Positions 58,750-64,000 of a DNA stretch of 64,000 nucleotides are shown one piece after another (within the stretch, counting starts at the first letter, position 1; every line of letters begins with the position of its first letter). The notes below the pieces were generated by a model that did not search any database, was not told the origin of the DNA, and saw only the letters and a program-made list of their open reading frames with translations. The DNA comes from Mobula hypostoma. Its lineage: Eukaryota. The stretch is from the NCBI RefSeq assembly GCF_963921235.1, contig NC_086108.1, forward strand, positions 116,128,001-116,192,000, written 5' to 3'. Both the position numbers and the translations under genes were made by a program.

Positions 58750-61038
58750 AGAACATAGAATAGTACAGCACGTTACAGGCCCTTCGGCCCACAATGTTGT
58801 GCCGGCCCTTAAACTCTGCCTCCCATATAACTCCCCACGTTAAATTCCCCCATATACCTGTCTAGTAGCCTCTCTAACGTCACGAGTGTATCTGCCTCCA
58901 CCACTGACTCAGGCAGTGCATTCCATGCACCAACTACTCTCTGAGTAAAAAACCTTCCTCTAATATCCACCTTGAACTTCCCACCCCTTTCATTAAAGCC
59001 ATGTCCTCTTGTATTGAGCAGTGGTGCCCTGGGGAAGAGGCGCTGGCTATCCACTCTATCTACTCCTCCTATTATCTTGTACACCTCTATCATGTCTCCT
59101 CTCATCCTCCTTCTCTCCAAAGAGTAAAGCCCTAGCTCCCTTAATCTCTGATCATAATCCATACACTCTAAACCAGGCAGCATCATGGTAAATCTCCTCT
59201 GTACCTTTCCAATGCTTCCACATCCTTCCTATGGTGAGACGACCAGAACTGGACATAGTACTCCAAGTGTGGCCTAACCAGAGTTTTATAGAGCTGCATC
59301 ATTACCCCGTGACTCTTAAACTCTATCCCTCGACTTAGGAAAGCTAACACTCCATAAGCTTTCTTAACTACCCTAGCTACCTGTGAGGGAACTTTCAGGG
59401 ATCTGTGGACATGTACCACCAGATCCCTCTTCTCCTCCACACTACCAACCATCTTGCCATTTATTTTGTACTCTGCCTTGGAGTTTGTCCTTCCAAAGTG
59501 TACCACCTCACACTTCTCTGGGTTGAACTCCATCTGCCACTTCTCAGCCCAGTTCTGCATCCTATCAATGTCTCTCTGCAATCTTCCACAATCCTCTACA
59601 CTATCCACAACACCACCAACATTTGTGCCCTCTTCAAACTTGCCAACCCACCCTTCTACCCCCACATCCAGGTCATTAATAAAAATCACGAAAAGTAGAG
59701 GTCCCAGCACCGATCCTTCTGGAACACCATGAGTCACAACCCTCCAATCCAAATATACCCCCTCCACCACGACCATCTGCCTTCTGCAGGCAAGCCAATT
59801 CTGAATCCACCTGGCCAAACTTCTAACTTTGCCTTCTAACTTTCTGAATAAGCCCACCATGTGGAACCTTGTCAAATGCCTTACTAAAATCCATATAGAT
59901 CACATCCACTGCACTACCCTCATCTATATGCCTGGTCACCTCCTCAAAGAACTCTATCAGGCTTGTTAGACACGATCTGCCCTTCACAAAGCCATGCTAA
60001 CAGTCCCTGATCAGACCATGATTCTCTAAATGCCCATAAATCCTATCTCTAAGAATCTTTTCAAATAGCTTTCCCACCACAGAGGTAAGGCTCACTTGTC
60101 TATAATTACCCGGACTATCCCTACTACCTCTTTTGAACAAGGGGTCAACATTCACCTCCCTCCAATCCTCTGGTACCATTCCTGTGGACAACAAGGACAC
60201 AAATATCCTAGCCAGAGGCTCAGCAATCTCTTCCCTCACCTTGTGGAGCAGCCTGGGGAATATTCCGTCAGGTCCCAGGGACTTATCTGTCCTAATGTAT
60301 TTTATCAACTCCAACACCTCCTCTCCCTTAATATCAACATGCTCCAGAGCATCAACCTTACTCATGTTGTCCTCACCATCATCAAGTTCTCTCTCATTGG
60401 TGAATATCGAACAGAAGTATTCATTGAGGACCTCGCTCACTTCCACAGCCTTCAGGCACATCTTCCCACCTTTATCTCTAATTGGTGCTATCTTCACTCC
60501 TGTCATCCTTTTGTTCTTCACATAATTGAAGAATGCCTTGAAGTTTTCCTTTTCCCTACTCGCCAAGGCCTTCTCATGCCCCCTTCTTGCTCTCCTCAGC
60601 CCCATCTTAACTCCTTTCTTGCTTCCCTATATTCTTTAATAGACCCATCTGATCCTTGCTTGCTAAACCTCATGTATGCTGCCTTCTTCCACCTGACTAG
60701 ATTTTCCACCTCACTTGTCACCCATGGTTCCTTCACCCTACCATTCTTTATCTTCCTCGCCGGGACAAATTTATCCCTAACATCCAGCAAGAGATCCCTA
60801 AACATCGACCACATGTCCATAGAACATTTCTCTGCAAAAATATCATCCCAATTCACACCTGCAAGTTCTAGCCTTATAGCCTCGTAATTTGCCCTTCCCC
60901 AATTCAAAATTTTCCTGTCCTCTTTGATTCTATCCTTTTCCATGATAATGCTAAAGGCCAGGGAGCAGCGGTCACTGTCCCCCAGATGCTCACCCACTGA
61001 GAGATCTGTGACCTGACCCGGTTCATTACCTAGTACTA
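58750..61038 (-). mobile_element. 5'-truncated CR1 copy, antisense, same family as 54491-58100; flanked by the direct repeat TAAAAT
   Basis: Minus-strand ORFs 60596-60997, 59997-60605, 59183-59875 and 58809-59186 are CR1 ORF2 pieces. Tail agaacatagaat at 58750. TAAAAT at 58744-58749 and 61041-61046. Confidence 0.93.
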
Positions 61039-62160
61039 ATTAAAATGGAGATGGAATGTGTTCGACGAAGAGCTAATCAGGGAGCGGGTAAAATGGAAGA
61101 AACGTGTTGTATGAAAAGCTGACGGGGGGGGTAAATGGAGAGAAATGTGTTGTATCAAGAGCAGATCAGGGGGGTAAAATGTACATGAAATTAGTTGTAT
61201 GAAGAGCTAATTGGGGGGTTAAAATGGAGATGAAATGTGTTGTATTTAGAGGTAACCGGTGGAGGGGGGAGGGAGGTAAAACAGAGATGAAATGTGTTGT
61301 GTGAAGAGCTGATCGGGGGGGGTATAATGGAGGGAAACGTTATGTGAAGATCTGATCGGAGGTAAAATTGAAATGAAATGTATTGTATGAAGAGTTGATC
61401 GGGGGGGTATAATGGAGAGAAAGGTATTGTATGGAGAGCTGATCGGCGGTAAAATGGAGATGAAATGTGTTGTATGAGGAGCTGATCGAGAGGTCAAATT
61501 GTGATGAAATGTGTTGTATGATGAAATGATCGAAGGGGTAAAATGGAGATGAAATGTGTTGTATGAAAGGCTGATGGAGAGAGGGTAAAACGTAGATGAA
61601 ATATGTTGTATGAAGAGCTGATTGAGGGGTAAAATAGAGAAAAATGTGTTATATGAAGAGCTGATGGAGAGGGGGCAAAATGTAGATGAAATATGTTGTA
61701 TGAAGAGCTGATCGGGGAGTGAAATGGAGGTGAAATGTGTTCTATGTTGTACGGAGGGTAAAATTAAGAGAAACTGATAGAGGGTACAATGAAGATGATA
61801 TGTGATGTATGAAGAGCTGATCGGGGGGGGGAATGGAGATGAAATGTGTTGTCTGAAGAGCTGATCGAGGGGGTAAAATGGAGAGAAAGTGTTGTATGAA
61901 GACTTGATCGGGGGGGGGCGTAAAATGGACATGAAATATATTCTCCAAAGAGCTGATCGGGGAGCGGGTAAAATGGAAGAAAAGTGTTGTATGAAGAGTT
62001 GACGGGGGTAAAATGGAGAGAAACGTTTTGTATGAAGAGCTGATCAGGGAGCGGGTAAAATGAAGAGAAATGTTTTGTATGAAGAGCTGATCGGGGGTAA
62101 AACGGAAATGAAACGTGTTGTATGAAGAGTTGATGGGGGTAAAATGGAGAGAAACGTTTT

Positions 62161-63025
62161 AGAACATAGAACATAGAATAGTACAGCACAGTACAGGCCC
62201 TTCGGCCCACAATGTTGTGCCGACCCTCAAACCCTGCCTCCCATATAAGCCCCCACCTTAGATTCCTCCATATACCTGTCTAGTAGTCTCTTAAACTTCA
62301 CTAGTGTATCTGCCTCCACCACTGACTCAGGCAGTGCATTCCACGCACCAACCACTCTCTGAGTAAAAAACCTTCCTTTAATATCCCCCTTGAACTTCCC
62401 ACCCCTTACCTTAAAGCGATGTCCTCTTGTATTGAGCAGTGGTGCCCTGAGGAAGAGGTGCTGGCTATCCACTCTATCTATTCCTCTTATTATCTTGTAC
62501 ACCTCTATCATGTCTCCTCTCATCCTCCTTCTCTCCAAAGAGTAAAGCCCTAGCTCCCTTATTCTCTGATCATAATGCATAATTTCGAAACCAGGCAGCA
62601 TCCTGGTAAATCTCCTCTGTACCCTTTCCAATGCTTCCACATCCTTCCTATAGTGAGGTGACCAGAACTGGACACAATACTCCAAGTGTGGCCTAACCAG
62701 AGTTTTATAGTGCATCATTACATCGCGACTCTTAAACTCTGTCCCTCGACTTATGAAAGCTAACATCCCATAAGCTTTCTTAACTACCCTATCCACCTGT
62801 GAGGCAACTTTCAGGGATCTGTGGACATGTACCCCGAGATCCCTCTGCTCCTCCACACTACCAAGTATCCTGCCATTTACTTTGTATTCCGCCTTGGAGT
62901 TTGTCCTTCCAAAGTGTACCACCTCACACTTCTCCGGGTTGAACTCCATCTGCCACTTCTCAGCCCACTTCTGCATCCTATCAATGTCTCCCTGCAATAT
63001 TTGACAATCCTCTACACTATCTACA
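62161..63025 (-). mobile_element. 5'-truncated CR1 copy, antisense, same family
   Basis: A 256-aa minus ORF (62227-62997) is the CR1 RT C-half. Tail (AGAACAT)n at 62161. The satellite resumes in register (gaaacgtttt|gtatgaagagc). Confidence 0.93.
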
Positions 63026-63594
63026 TGAAGTATGAAGAGCTGATTCGGGAGCCGGTAAAATGGAGAGAAGCGTTTTGTATGAAGAGCTGATCGGGGGTAA
63101 AACGGAAATGAAACGTGTTGTATGAAGAGTTGACGGGGGTAAAATGGAAGAAACGTGTTGTATGAAGAGCTGACGGGGATAAAATGAAGATGAAATGTGT
63201 TGTATAAAGAGTTGATCGAGGGTAAAATGGAGATGAAACGTGGCAGTGAGGGATTTTAGTTTCTTGCAGAGTACAAATTTGTTCAGAGTGCTGACTGACT
63301 GTTTTGGCAATTGAATTCGTACTGAATTTTGTTGTTTGAAGGAATTAGTTGTTGGTGGTCTGTCTGTACTGCTGTTGCCCCTGTGGTCCCCAGTTTGGTT
63401 CAATCCTCTCTGCATTTATTGAATTGCACTCCTGCACTAATTAGTTAATTAATCTGAGAATTCCTCAATCAGCACAGAGCAGTCAAAGGGCCAGTTTGGA
63501 GACGTCAGCAATAGAGAGAGAGAGAGGGCTTTAGGTGAAAGGAGAGCCAGTGACTCAGCACAAATGAACCAAACTCCATGGCAGACTGTGAATT

Positions 63595-63785
63595 AAGGAA
63601 ATGGCTGAGAAATTTAACAAATGCTTCATGTTGTAGTGGGAATAAATACAGAGAGGGGAATGTAACATGCCTCAGGTGAATGAGGGATGAATATTCTTTG
63701 CTTTAGTTAAAAGAAAAGTTTTGGGGTAATTAATGGGAGTGAAAGCTGATAAATCCCTTTGACTTGGTGACATGTATCTCAAGGA
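63595..63785 (+). mobile_element. Highly degraded CR1 ORF2 linker fragment
   Basis: EMAEKFNK.. and ..LMGVKADKS.. resemble CR1 EMAEELNKYF and LxxLKVDKSPGPD. Confidence 0.5.
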
Positions 63786-64000
63786 TCAATTGTTCATTTT
63801 ATTATCAAAATACGTATGCAGAATACATCTCTGAGATTTGTCTTCCCCAGATAGCCATAAAATGTAGAAAAAAACAAAGAAGCGGTTGAAAGAAAGACAT
63901 CAATACACCCTCCCCCCCACCTGCATGAAAAGGAAAAGGAATGGGAACTAGGATCTAGGAAAAGCTCCTTCCCCAAGGCCAATCTATTTCTGAGTGGACT

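Larger units (their letters stand above)
50660..63243. repeat. ~44-46-bp satellite (AAAATGGAGATGAAATGTGTTGTATGAAGAGCTGATCGGGGGGT), split into segments 50660-51252, 54390-54490, 58301-58749, 61041-62160 and 63030-63243 by four CR1 insertions; inverted segment at 58101-58287
   Basis: A 46-bp period is seen at 50981, 51027, 51073 and 51119. The monomer register continues across each CR1 insertion. Confidence 0.92.

Noticed and set aside
50660..63243. CRISPR-like regularly spaced repeats
   Set aside because: These are tandem monomers without unique spacers, there are no cas genes, and the context is eukaryotic.
31504..64000. Second coding exon of the netrin-G gene (NPYxC...ECDA-type sequence)
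   Set aside because: Not seen in the ORF track or in the unique islands I read; it presumably lies beyond the window.

Overview
Eukaryotic (vertebrate) genomic DNA. The repeat families suggest a cartilaginous fish, probably a ray or skate (inference). The first ~29.2 kb is a G/T-rich 31-bp satellite with higher-order structure. It is followed by the first coding exon (31255-31497, +) of a netrin-G gene that is closest to NTNG1 but noticeably divergent, with a signal peptide, the start of the laminin N-terminal domain and a GTGAGT donor. The rest of the window appears to be the following intron. It holds several minisatellites and satellites, many nested CR1-clade LINE copies (ORF1 esterase, APE endonuclease, RT), Rex1/Babar-like 3' fragments and Penelope-like element remnants. 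One Penelope remnant keeps a GIY-YIG C-terminus, a 12-bp target duplication and a minimal hammerhead-ribozyme motif. The most notable structures are: (i) an inverted pair of CR1 copies that share derived mutations and the same satellite 3' flank, pointing to 3' transduction or template switching that moves satellite monomers; (ii) chimeric or template-switched CR1 inserts; (iii) the possibly paralogous netrin-G exon, with a uORF- and E-box-rich leader. The long His/Thr/Pro-rich and Arg/Gly-rich ORFs in the track are repeat artefacts.
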